Program-made: the position numbers and the translations under genes
The notes under the pieces: generated by a model
What the model was told of the DNA's origin: nothing
What the model saw: the letters and a program-made list of their open reading frames with translations, nothing else
The model's database searches: none
In this document: in pieces, positions 24,389 through 37,017 of the stretch
How the letters are laid out: every line of letters starts with the position of its first letter
Position numbering within the stretch: the stretch's first letter is position 1
From: Octopus sinensis
Lineage: Eukaryota
Length of the DNA stretch: 64,000 bases
Direction: 5' to 3'
Assembly: GCF_006345805.1 (NCBI RefSeq)
Contig: NC_043010.1
Coordinates: 65,906,001-65,970,000, forward strand

Positions 24389-25182
24389 TAGGGATTCTCA
24401 ACCATTTTCATCTCTGAACCCTTTAGATTACTATTTTATTGTAGAGGACCCTCATAACCATTCAACGTTTAAAAACTAGTTTTATAGAAACTTTGATCAA
24501 AATTTTGCTATTCTTTCAACTCTTTTGCTCTTCACCTTTGAACTTGCATAGGTTGAATTATGTAAAATGTTAGAGAAAGAAGCCTGGCTGTTTCTTACAA
24601 TACATACCAATACATACATCTAAAGCAGGGGTTCTCAGCATCCGTGCTAGTGGAGCACTAAGAGCACCATCCGAGCGGGATCGTTACCAGTGTCGCCTTA
24701 CTGGCACTTGTGCCGCTGTGCAAGTGGCATATAAAAAAAACACCATTTGGGCATGGCTGTTGCCAGTACCGCCTGACTGGCCCTCATGCCGGTGGCATGT
24801 AAAAGCACCCTCTACACTCTCAGAGTGGTTGGCATTAGGAAGGGCAGCCAGCTGTAGAAACTCTGCCAGATCAAGATTGGAGCATGGTGCAGCCATCTGG
24901 TTTTCTGGTCCTCAGTCAAATCGTCCAACCCATGCCAGCATGGAAAGCAGTTGTTAAACGATGATGATGATGGAGCCCCTTGGTTACTATTTTATTCTGC
25001 TGGATCCCTCATAGCCATTCAATGTTATAGAAACTTCCATAGGTTGAATTATGTAAAATGTTAAAGAAAGAAACCTGGCTGATTCTTGCAATACATACAT
25101 CGAAAGCAATATTTTTTCAGGGGACCCCAAAAATCTTATATGGACCCTCAGAAGCCCTATGGACCCAAGTTCAGAACCCCTG
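24389..25182. mobile_element. Tandem hAT-like MITE copies with an RTE 3' insert (~24640-24972)
   Basis: TIR-like tagggattctcaacc / caggggttctcag ... gttcagaacccctg; 8-bp flanks atctaaaa / gtctaaat. Confidence 0.55.
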
Positions 25183-25527
25183 GTCTAAATTGTGTTAATT
25201 TTTCTTTTATTCGGGCATGGTAGACGTTGACTTTTAGTTACAACATCTCAACCGACAGAAAAAAAGGAGAAAAGGAAAGGATTTTATTCACTTGGAAAGT
25301 TGTTCACAAGTTTTTGTTTTTTTTTATATATAACCAAACCATAAACTAACGATTGCCAAAAGATTTTTCTTTTTTAATTTTTTGGGGGATTAATTAAGGA
25401 TTAACCAAAGAGTATTTTTAGTTTTCATTCATGTATTTCTTTATTTGCCTTGCTGTTTTGCGGACGGTAGGTAGGGTGTTCTGTGTCTCCCTCTTTAATT
25501 CTATTCCTGGGCATTGTATGCAACATG

Positions 25528-25656
25528 CTCATCATCATCATCTCCATCATCATAATCATCTTCATCATCATCATCATCGTCGTCGTTGTCATCGTTGTCG
25601 TCATCGTCTTCGTTGTCGTCATCGTCTTCATTATCATCATCATCATCATCATCATT

Positions 25657-25688
<32 letters not shown>

Positions 25689-27221
25689 AATCATCTTCAT
25701 CTTCATCATCATCATCATCATCATCATCATCTTCATCTTCATCATCATCATCATCATCGTCATTGTCATCGTTGTCGTCATCGTCTTCATTATCATCATC
25801 ATCATCATAATCATCTTCATCATCATCATCATCATCATTATCATCATCATCATCTTCATCATCATCATGATCGACATTGTCATCGTCGTCGTCATCATTA
25901 CTAATATAGGATGCCGGACAAAATGCTTAGAGGCATTTCTTCTGGCTTTGCTATTCGTTCTTTTTTTGGAGGGGAGGGGCGATGAGTAAAGTGCCAGGTG
26001 AGGACCAGGGTCAATTAAATTGACCAGCTCCCTGCCCTGACAAAACTTCAGACAATGACAATGGTGATGGTGATGACAACGATGATGATGGTGATGACAA
26101 TGATGATGATGTTGATGATGATGATGATGATGATGACGATGGTGATGCTGATGACAACGATGATGATGATGATGAGCATGATGATGTTGATAGCAATGAT
26201 GATGATGATGATGACAATGATGATGATGACGTTGAGGAGGAGGAGGAGGAAGATTATGATGTAGAAAATGATGAATGATGACAATGATGATGATGGTGAT
26301 GATGGCTATGATCTGCTTTCTTTCCGCATGCGCTTCCACGTTGCACAATCTGCTTCTGCCTGACAGACAGACATCATCCAAGCAGCAACAACAACAACAT
26401 CAAAATTATCACAATAGTCATGAGCCAATGAGGAGCCCTCTACGTAAATCACTCGACCTGCAAAACATAACAGGTTAATCACCCACAAATCACACCCAAC
26501 TGTCTTAAAGAAGGACAGACTGAACAAGCTGATCAGGGTTGTATACTTCCTGATTAAAATACGAGGTGGTCATGGTAGGATTGCCTTTTGATCAGAAGTC
26601 TGTTTGGTCCCCAACAACCTAGGGTTTAAAAAAAGGGCAAAAATGAAAAGAACAATCACAAGGTGCACCACTACCACCATCACCACCATCGCCACCATCG
26701 CCACCATCGCCACCACCACTACAACATCAACAGGGCCCAACACTAGCACCACCACTGCAACAGCAACTCTACCACCACCACCACCACCACCACCACCACC
26801 ACCACCACCACCACCACCGCCACAACAGCAACACAACCACCACTGCAACAACACTGCTACAATACTATCCCCCACAAGGCCACTGCTACCACTACTACAA
26901 CACCACCACCACCACCACTACAGCCACAATGATGACTGTCTCTGCTACTAAAGACAATATTAGTTTAAAGTGTTCTTAACCTAAAATGTCTGTGGTTAAT
27001 TAGTTTTAGTGGTAAGATTGTCATCATCTTCATCATTATCATCGTCTTCATCATCATCTTTATCATCATCATCAACATTGTCATCATCATCTTCATCCTC
27101 TTCATCATCATCATCTTCATCATCATCATCAACATTGTCGTCATCATCAATGTCATCATCATCGTCTTCATCATCATCTTCATCATCATCATCATCTTCA
27201 TCATCATCATCAACATGTTTG

Positions 27222-27252
<31 letters not shown>

Positions 27253-27600
27253 TACCATTATCATCATCATCATCAACATTGTTGTCGTCATCAATGTCAT
27301 CATCATCTTCTTCATCGTCATCATCATCATCAACATTGTTGTCATCATCATCATCATCATCATCATCATCGGCTTCATCATCATCATTATCATTATCATC
27401 ATCATCATCATTATCATCATCATCAACATTGTCGTCATCATCATCATCCTCAATGTCCTTATCATCATCATCTTCGTCGTCGTCGTCATCATCATCATCA
27501 TCAACATTGTCATCATCCTTGTCACCACTATCATCATCATCATCATCACCATCATCACCGTCATCATCAACAACATTCTTGATGCTATTCTCATCATCAT
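25528..27600. repeat. Blocks of (ATC)n, (GAT)n and (ACC)n degenerate triplet repeats
   Basis: 25528-25900, 26050-26310, 26660-26940, 27020-27600. Confidence 0.9.
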
Positions 27601-27725
27601 AATCCTTTCCTTATAACTGCTCCTACTCCCCACCACCTCCACCACCATCACCCACTCCAACCACCCTGTTCATACCGCTTTCACTATGAGCCAACAAGGA
27701 AGCCACACCATAATTACTCTATATA

Positions 27726-28133
27726 CTTTTACTCTTTTACTTGTTTCAGTCATTTTGACTGCGGCCATGCTGGAGCACCGCCTTTAGTTGAGCAAATCGA
27801 CCCCAGGACTTATTCTTTGTAAGCCCAGTACTTATTCTATCGGTCTCTTTTGCCGAACCGCTAAGTAACGGGGACATAAACACACCAGCATCGGTTGTCA
27901 AGCAATGCTAGGGGGACAAACACAGACACACACACACATACACACACATACATATATATATATACATATATATGACAGGCTTCTTTCAGTTTCCATCTAC
28001 CAAATCCACTCACAAGGCATTGGTCGGCCCGGGGCTATAGCAGAAGACACTTGCCCAAGATGCCATGCAGTGGGACTGAACCCGGAACCATGTTGTTGGT
28101 TAGCAAGCTACTTACCACACAGCCACTCCTGCA
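27726..28133 (-). mobile_element. S1 SINE
   Basis: Matches S1 consensus. Confidence 0.85.
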
Positions 28134-28399
28134 TTTTCATACCACTCACTGCACCACCACCATAACCCCTACCACCACTACCACTATCCACTCTGTCATA
28201 GCACATTCACCATCACACCATGATACCACTGCACTGCCATACCAATACTGCACTATTCTACTAACCTATTACTATACTACTGCTCTATCACTCTACTATC
28301 TAACAACCACCCTACTATGACTTTGCTGCTCTGATCCCCCCACCCCACCCCCATACCGATAGTACTACCATACTTTGATGGTGGTGCTAGCTGTGGTTA

Positions 28400-28416
28400 G
28401 GTGGTAGTTGAGATAA

Positions 28417-28447
<31 letters not shown>

Positions 28448-29260
28448 CTGCTGCTGTTGCTTTTGTTGTTGTTGTTAAGAAACAAGACGGGTAAGGGTGA
28501 TTAGGTGATGGTCTAGGGCTTAGGGGCCGGGAGACCCCAGACCTTGGGAAAAAAAAAACTTTGGTCATCTTGTTGTAGTCGAGGGCTCTTCGTTGACACC
28601 CGACACCGCTGGGAGGTGGCCCTCGAAGTCGCTGGAAATGGAGATCTCCAGGTCCAAATTCTTGAACGGCACTGCTGCTGCTGGCGGTGGTGGTGGTGGT
28701 GGTGGTGGTGGTGTTGGTGGTGGTGTTAGTGGTGCTACTCCTGCTGCTGCTGACAGTGGTGGTGGTGCTGCTGGCGGTGGTGGTGGTGCTGACAGTGGTG
28801 GTGGTAGTGCTGGCAGTGGTGGTGCTGCTGCTGGTGGCGGTGGTGGTGGTGGTGCTGCTGACGTAGTGGTGGTGGTGGTGATAATGGTGATGGAGGTGGT
28901 GCTGGTGATAATGGTTGTAGAGGTGGTGGTGGTGGTGGTGGTGGTGGTGGTGGTGGTGGTGGTGGTGGTGGTGGTGGTGCTGCTGGCGGTGGTGGTGGTG
29001 GTGATAATGGTGATGGAGGTGGTGCTGGTGATAATGGTTGTAGAGGTGGTGGTGGTGGTGGTGGTGGTGGTGGTGGTGGTGGTGGGTGGTGGTGGTGGTG
29101 GTGCTGCTGCTGCTGTTGCTGCTGGCGGTGGTGGTGTTGCTGCTGATGGTAGTGGTGGTGGTGGTGATAATGGTGATGGAGGGGGTGCTGGTGATAATGG
29201 TGGTGGTGGAGGTTGTGGTGGTGGTGGTGATGGTGGTAGTGGTGGTAGTGGTGGTGGTGC

Positions 29261-29301
<41 letters not shown>

Positions 29302-29315
29302 GTGCTGGTGCTGGT
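28400..29315. repeat. (GGT)/(GCT) tract enclosing a probable LINE 3' end (28450-28670, minus)
   Basis: gttgttaagaaacaagacgggtaagggtgatt nearly matches the LINE 3' end at ~835-870. Confidence 0.6.
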
Positions 29316-29875
29316 CACACAATAATTGATCTATTGAACCATTGCAAAAGGTTGCAAGAAGCATCAAAAATTTTAGAAAATAAATAAATAAATGAGTGGA
29401 AACTTTACCACTGAGTGTGTTAAATAATGAGGCACAAAAAGAGAATGACCCTCCCCAGACACAACAGAATATGCTTCAACACACAAACTCGCATAAAGAA
29501 TCTTGCAAACCAAATCCAAAAACGAAATATAACCAATTTTTGTGCATAAATTTTAAAGACAAAATTTTATATAGACCCTTAAGAGTTATACGGACCCTGG
29601 TAGAAGGTGGGGGCCAAAAGTCACACACAAAATATGCTCAATATGCTCCAAAATTGTCAAAGATAACCTTCAATTTTTTTTTTTAATTGAATAAAATAAA
29701 TAAAAATAAAGGTGAATGCATACAAATGTGTACCTGATGAGTGATTATTTTAGCATGCATAGCAAAGCAAAAGTGCCCTTTGCTACTCTTGGGCTCAGGT
29801 GGATGCCTGATACTAAGGCAGCTGAAATAAAGTTATTATGAAAGGAGACCCTAAATGATGATAATGATGATGATG

Positions 29876-29914
<39 letters not shown>

Positions 29915-29949
29915 TAATAATAATAATAATAATGATGATGATGATGACA

Positions 29950-31582
29950 TCATCATCATCATCATCATCGTTTAGCGTCCGTTTTCCATGCTAGCATGGG
30001 TTGGACGGTTCTACTGGGGTCTGTGAAGCCAGAAGGCTTCATCAGGCCCAGTCAAGTCTGGCAGTGTTTCTACGGCTGGATGCCCTTCCTAACGCCAACC
30101 ACTCCGTGAGTGTAGTGGGTGCTTTTTACGTGCCACCCGCACTCGTGCCAGACAGAGCTGGCAAACGGCCACGAACGGATGGTGCTTTTTATGTGCCACC
30201 GGCACGAGGGCCAGGCGAGGCTGGCAACGGACACGAAATGGGGCGGTGCTGGCAACGGTCGCGAAACGGAAAGTTCTCTTACATGCCACCGGCACTGGTA
30301 ACACATCTGCAATTTCCATTGATCGATTTCCATTGATCGATTTCCATTGATCGATTTCGATTCTGATCGTCACTTGCCTCAACGGGTCTTCACAAGCAGA
30401 GTTTTGACATGCCACCGGCACTGGTAGCACATCCGCAATTTCCATTGATCGATTTCGATTCTGATCCTCACTTGCCTCATCACGTCTTCACAAGTAGAGT
30501 TTTGTGTCCCAAGAAGGGAAGGTATGCATACGTAGGCTGGCTCCATCCCATGTAGAAGGCCACGGGTTATGGACTCACTTGTCCTGCCGGGTCTTCTCGC
30601 GCACAGCACACTTCCAGAGGTCTCGTCTCTAGTCATTTCCTCAGTGAGACCTAAAGTTCGAAGGTCGTGCTTCACCACCTCGTCCCAGGTTTTCCTGGGT
30701 CTGCCTCTTCCACAGGTTCCCTCAACCGCTAGGGTGTGGCACTTTTTCACACAACTATCTTCATCCATTCTCGCCACATGACCATACCAGCGCAAACGTC
30801 TCTCTTGCACACCACAACTGATGCTTCTTAGGTCCAGCTTTTCTCTCAAGGTACTTACACTCTGCCGAGTGTGAGTACCGGCATTACACATCCATCGGAG
30901 CATACTGGCTTCATTTCTAGCGAGCTTACGCATATGCTCAGCAGTCACGGCCCATGTTTCACTGCCATGTAGCATGGCTGTTCGTACACACGCATCATAC
31001 AGTCTGCCTTTCACTCTGTGCGAGAGGCCTTTTGTCACCAGTAGAGGTAAGAGCTCTCTGAACTTTGCCCAAGCTATTCTTACTCTAGCAGTTACACTTT
31101 CAGCACACCCGCCCCCGCTGCTGACTTGGTCACCTAGGTAACGGAAACTATCAACTATTTCTAGTTTTTCTCCCTGGAAAGTGACGGAAGTTGGTCTCAG
31201 AGCATTTTCAGTGTTTATTGTTCCTGAGCATCTGCCACATACAAAAACCATCTTCCTAGTTAGCCTTCCTTTGACATTGCTGCATCTCTTATGTGTCCAT
31301 AGCTTACACTTGGTGCATCTTATAGAGTTTCTACCTACACCTTTTCTACAGATCGAGCAGGGCCATCTACCTGAAGGTGTTTGTGATTTGTCTACCTTCC
31401 TACTGATTACGACTTTGGTTTTAGCTAGATTGACTCTGAGGCCCTTCGATTCTAATCCTTGTTTCCACACCTGAAACTTCTCCTCCAGTTCTGATAGCGA
31501 CTCAGCAATTAGAGCAAGGTCATCAGCATAGAGGAGCTCCCAAGGGCATCCTGTCTTGAATTCCTCCGTTATTGCCTGGAGG
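29950..31582 (-). mobile_element. Young 5'-truncated RTE-clade LINE (RT C-half with YADD, PHD-like finger, 3' UTR, GAT tail)
   Basis: Frame open from ~31582: QAITEEFKTGCPWELLYADDL (YADD 31519-31530) ... RRLRWYGHVARM ... GRGRPRKTW; apparent 1-nt frameshift near 30627 just before the likely natural stop. Confidence 0.92.
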
Positions 31583-31589
31583 CAATATG

Positions 31590-32051
31590 TTTATTAATGT
31601 TTATTAATTGACATGAGTATTCCCTGTGATCACAATATAGCGGCGAAAGAAGAATTTGACAAGATTAGTAAATATAAAGACCTGCTAATAGAAATTGAAA
31701 AAATGTGGCATCTCAAGGCGACTACAGTACCAGTGATTGTAGGATCTCTAGGAATGATAACAAAAGGTACTGAAACCTATTTGAAAATGATTCCAGGCTT
31801 ACCATCCCTACAGGAAGTGCAAAAAATCGTGTTAACTGGAACGGCTCATGTACTGAGAAGAACACTATCGCTGTGAAAATAACATCCATCCATGAATTAA
31901 TTTATTTATTTATTAATTTTTAAATACATATTTTATCTGTAAATTTGCGCATGTAATCTGGGAATGCATACAATGCCCTTCTATGCCCTAGGTGTATGGA
32001 AAACACTCGGCGAGAAACGGAAGAAAATTTGAAGAAAGAAGGAAAAAAAAC

Positions 32052-32099
<48 letters not shown>

Positions 32100-32107
32100 T
32101 TAATAAT
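31590..32107 (+). mobile_element. 3' fragment of restriction-like-endonuclease LINE (R4/Dong-like) with (AAT)n tail
   Basis: ORF 31613-31876 IDMSIP...KYKDL..EIEKMW...VPVIVGSLG...LTGTAHVLRR is a typical RLE C-terminus. Confidence 0.8.
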
Positions 32108-32400
32108 AAAGCCAGGCATAGTCTAAATTGAGAAAGAAAACAAACGATACTGGATCATAGATATAGCATGACAACAAGGTATGCAATAAAGAAGAAAGAG
32201 AAGTTGAGAGATATGACAGGTTAGCTTGGGAAGTTAAGCAGTTGTGGTCGATGAAAAAGGTAGCAGTAGTACCAATAATTGTCGGAGCTCTGGGTACAGT
32301 GAGCAAAAATCTCGAGAAGCACGTGGAACAAATAGGGACTGCAATAAGGGTGGAGCACTTTCAGAAAAGAGCACTGCTTGGAACTGATCGAATACTCTGG
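32108..32400 (+). mobile_element. Second, degenerate R4/Dong-like RLE fragment
   Basis: KPGIV.IEKENKRYWIIDIA ... WSMKKVAVVPIIVGALG ... ALLGTDRIL, with stops. Confidence 0.7.
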
Positions 32401-32526
32401 AAGACCGATAGAATAAGTACTAGGCTTTCAAAGAATAAGTCCTGGGGTCAATTTGCTCGACTAAAAGGTAGTACTCCAGCATGGCCGCAGTCAAATTACT
32501 GAAGGAAGTAAAAGAATAAAAGAATA

Positions 32527-32562
<36 letters not shown>

Positions 32563-32708
32563 ATTTGGATATAGATATAGATATAGATATATATATACAT
32601 ATATATATATACATATATATACATATATGTCTTTATATATATGTATATGTATATATGTATGTGTATATATATATATATATATATATAGATATAGATATAT
32701 ATATATAT

Positions 32709-32880
32709 AGGCGCAAGAGTGGGTGTGTGGTAAGTAGCTTGCTAACCAACCACATGGTTCCGGGTTCAGTCCCACTGCGTGGCATCTTGTGCAAGTGTCT
32801 TCTGCTATAGCCCCGGGCCGACCAATGCCTTGTGAGTGGATTTGGTAGACAGAAACTGAAAGAAGCCTGTCGTATATGTG

Positions 32881-32913
<33 letters not shown>

Positions 32914-33578
32914 TTGTTTGTGTGTCTGTGTTTGTCCCCCTATATATATTGCTTGACAACCGATGCTGGTGTGTTTACGTCCCCGTCACCTAGCAGTTTG
33001 GCAAAAGAGACCGATAGAATAAGTACTGAGCTTACAAAGAATAAGTCCCGGGGTCGATTTGCTCGACTAAAGGCGGTGCTCCAGCATGGCTGCAGTCAAA
33101 TGACTGAAACAAGTAAAAGAGTAAAAGAGAGAGTAAAGAGTATATATATATATATTTGTATGTGTAAGGGATTCATCAACTGCTATTAATAAGTAATTCT
33201 ATTCCTTTGTATTCATAAATGTGGCTATTTATTCCTTTGATCTTATTGTTTGGTCTCTGCTGTACTATTTTGTTATAGAAACAATCAATTTCATGAAACA
33301 GGAAATGTGGTTAATGAACCGAAGGGATAGAAAAAATGTTTGATGTCAAAACAGCACGTAATTGTCCCAAACAACTATGAAACAAAAAGCCACAAACAAC
33401 ATCTTAATAAAAAGAAAACATTTATACTTGAGAAACAAAAGAGACCAGCTACAAGAAACAGGAGACTTAAACAAAATATATTTCTACCATTGGATGAGAA
33501 AGAATAGAAATTTTGTATAGAAGCAGTTCTTGCCTGATGATCACTGAGGAGTGAAACTCAAGTTACAACATAGGAATT

Positions 33579-33618
<40 letters not shown>

Positions 33619-33816
33619 GTATATACATATGTATATATATATATAGGCGCAAGAGTGGGTGTGTGGTAAGTAGCTTGCTAACCAACCACATGGTTCCGGG
33701 TTCAGTCCCACTGCGTGGCATCTTGTGCAAGTGTCTTCTGCTATAGCCCCGGGCCGACCAATGCCTTGTGAGTGGATTTGGTAGACAGAAACTGAAAGAA
33801 GCCTGTCGTATATGTG

Positions 33817-33847
<31 letters not shown>

Positions 33848-34516
33848 TTGTTTGTGTGTCTGTGTTTGTCCCCCTATATATATTGCTTGACAACCGATGC
33901 TGGTGTGTTTACGTCCCCGTCACCTAGCAGTTTGGCAAAAGAGACCGATAGAATAAGTACTGAGCTTACAAAGAATAAGTCCCGGGGTCGATTTGCTCGA
34001 CTAAAGGCGGTGCTCCAGCATGGCTGCAGTCAAATGACTGAAACAAGTAAAAGAGTAAAAGAGAGAGTAAAGAGTATATATATATATATATTTGTATGTG
34101 TAAGGGATTCATCAACTGCTATTAATAAGTAATTCTATTCCTTTGTATTCATAAATGTGGCTATTTATTCCTTTGATCTTATTGTTTGGTCTCTGCTGTA
34201 CTATTTTGTTATAGAAACAATCAAATTTCATGAAACAGGAAATGTGGTTAATGAACCGAAGGGATAGAAAAAATGTTTGATGTCAAAACAGCACGTAATT
34301 GTCCCAAACAAACTATGAAACAAAAAGCCACAAACAACATCTTAATAAAAAGAAAACATTTATACTTGAGAAACAAAAGAGACCAGCTACAAGAAACAGG
34401 AGACTTAAACAAAATATATTTCTACCATTGGATGAGAAAGAATAGAAATTTTGTATAGAAGCAGTTCTTGCCTGATGATCACTGAGGAGTGAAACTCAAG
34501 TTACAACATAGGAATT

Positions 34517-34524
<8 letters not shown>
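32709..34524 (+). repeat. Near-identical ~936-bp tandem duplication (S1 SINE plus unique segment)
   Basis: 32709-33586 vs 33645-34524; the differences I found are homopolymer/(TA) length changes. Confidence 0.9.
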
Positions 34525-34577
<53 letters not shown>

Positions 34578-34578
34578 C

Positions 34579-34630
<52 letters not shown>

Positions 34631-34659
34631 TATATATATGTATACATATATGTATATAT

Positions 34660-34718
<59 letters not shown>

Positions 34719-35764
34719 GATATAGATATATATATATCTATCTATATTATATATATTATATATATGCATATACATATATATACATATAGATATATATATA
34801 GATATAGACAGATTGATAGTTAGATGGACAGACAGATAGATAGATAGCTAGACAGATTTATATATTTATATATATATATATATATATATATCACCATGAT
34901 AGATCGCTAGCCACTACACATTCTTTATTTTCTCTCCTTGTTTCTTACTGTATTCCTTTCTGTGGAAAAGCATAGGCTCGAAACATTAAAGACTTTTCCA
35001 CTTCCTGAGCGTTATACTAATACATCTGTTTGTTGTCTACATCACCTGTCTTCGTATTTTGTTCTTTTTTTGTGAATTCTCTCCCTATAAAAAAAGCATC
35101 CAGTCCACACTGTAAAGTGGATGGCATTTTGAAGGGCATCCAGCTGTAAAAAGCATGCTAAAATAGACCTTACCAGAGCTGGTGCCACATAAAAAGCACT
35201 GTCTACTCTGTAAGGTGGTTGGCATTAGGAAGGACACCCAGCTGTTAAAAGCCATGCCAAAACAGACAGTGACACCTGGTGCAGCCTTCTAGCATGCCAA
35301 CATTCAACCCATGCCATGATAATGATGATGATGATGATGGCGGTGGTGGTGGTGGCGGTGGTGGTGGTGGTGAGGAGGAGGAGGAGGGGGAATATATATA
35401 TTTTTTTTATTCTTTCATATATAATGTCTGTGTATATTACATATGTATATATAATATATATATAATATGTAATATAAATATATATGTGTGTGTGTGTGCG
35501 CGTGTGTATTATCCTGCAGGATGTCCAAAATTCACCCTCATCACCAAGTGACTTGATGGGGTTTCCAGTTTAATGTTGCTGACAGCCCAACCACGCAACA
35601 GGCTGTACTGAGTTACATGTTACCTGTAGCACTCAAGAGTGACCCAATGTGAGTGTGCGCGTGCATGTGTGTGTGTGTGTGTGCATATGTGTGTCCATAG
35701 TTTATGGTGATAAGGGCAGATTAGGGTGGGGTGCTATTGGCAGGATAAATTATCATAACAGTTA

Positions 35765-36164
35765 GGCGCAGGAGTGGCTGTGTGGTAAGTAGCTTGCTTA
35801 CCAGCCACATGGTTCCGGGTTCAGTCCCATTGCGTGGCACCTTGGGCAAGTGTCTTCTACAATAGCCTCAGGCCAACCAAAGCCTTGTGAGTGGATTTAG
35901 TAGACGGAAACTGAAAGAAGCTCATCATGTATATGTATATATATATATATGTGTGTCTGTGTTTGTCCCCCCAACGTCACTTGACAACCGATGCTAGTGT
36001 GTTTACGTCCCCGTAACTTAGCAGTTCGGCAAAAGAGACAGATAGAATAAGTACTAGGCTTACAAAGAATAAGTCCTGGAGGGGGGGTCGATTTCCTCGA
36101 CTAAAGGCGGTGCTCCAGCATGGCCGCAGTCAAATTACTGAAACAAGTAAAAGAGTAAAAGAGT
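35765..36164 (+). mobile_element. S1 SINE
   Basis: Matches S1 consensus. Confidence 0.85.
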
Positions 36165-36229
36165 AGGGAGAAAGAGTTAGAATTGCTCAGAAAATGCATA
36201 TTCCTGCTCGTTTATAATTGATAATAATA

Positions 36230-36906
36230 AATATATATAAGGCGGGAACAATTACCAGGTAATTGAATGCGCATAAAAAGTAAGCATTGATTTTTCTCAC
36301 CTTTGATGCAAACAGCAAATGTTCAACTATTAATATAATGTTTCTTTCGTAAACAATTTAAACCCCCATAACACTTCAAAACCTTTGAATAAATCATTAG
36401 AACAAGTGTAGACAAGACAACAGTGGAAACATTATATAAGATGAGTGTGTTATATAATTTCATGTTTGTTATATCTATGGGCATATATGTATATATATAT
36501 ATATATAATTGATATAGGATAAAATTTTTTTCGGGAAAAAAAATTTTATCAATGGCCAGCATATCAAAAAATGCCTTTAAAGGTAAAATTTATACATAAT
36601 TTACAAGATAAGGGCAGAAGAAAAAATTCTAATGCCAGATAGAATTTATGCGTCTCGAAACAAACCGATAGAAATCTCTAAAAAATTCGTTATTACCGTA
36701 TTGGTTCAATTTCGGGGTTAATTCACAAGAAATTTTCCCCTCTTCAGCGGCACATACGCGAGATATAAATGAAATACTTATTCATACCCACGGAAGAAGC
36801 AAGTACCATTTGTTTCGAGACGCATAAATTTAATGGTTATCGACAATTTTTTGTTTCGGCGTATCTGGCATTAGAATTTTTCTTCTGCCCTTATCTTGTA
36901 AATTAT
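36230..36906. mobile_element. Penelope-like element remnant with inverted pseudo-LTR
   Basis: Inverted arms 36596-36641/36862-36906 and 36643-36664/36809-36830; hammerhead inside; degenerate FFRKQFKP..LN segment resembles GIY-YIG C-termini (weak). Confidence 0.55.
36694..36752 (-). ncRNA. Canonical type I hammerhead ribozyme motif
   Basis: Minus strand: stem I tgccg/cggta; CUGAAGA; stem II gggg/cccc (G10.1-C11.1); GAAA; stem III attg/caat with aac loop; AUA cleavage triplet, cut between 36699 and 36698. Confidence 0.8.
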
Positions 36907-37017
36907 ATATATATATATATATATAATATATGCATAAGGATGAAAAGGAACACACGAGTTGATAAATATGAAAAAATAAGTCAAGATAGAAAATGCTAAA
37001 ATAATTTTGTAAAGAAC

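Noticed and set aside
25425-27660. Long poly-Met/His/Ile/Ser ORFs
   Set aside because: Translations of (ATC)/(GAT) microsatellites
28573-29387. Gly/Ala-rich plus ORF as a possible terminal exon, linked to a putative exon ending ~26475
   Set aside because: The unique 5' part shares its end with the LINE at 760-870, the sequence just after the stop belongs to the repeat also seen at 8020, and the 26430-26520 'exon' is the ctagaaatagcagcc repeat family
29730-29770. cctgatgagtg hammerhead-like start
   Set aside because: No GAAA or stem III downstream
33528-33570. CUGAUGA...GAAAC motif (duplicated at ~34466)
   Set aside because: Stems I and II cannot be formed in correct register; at most a decayed hammerhead
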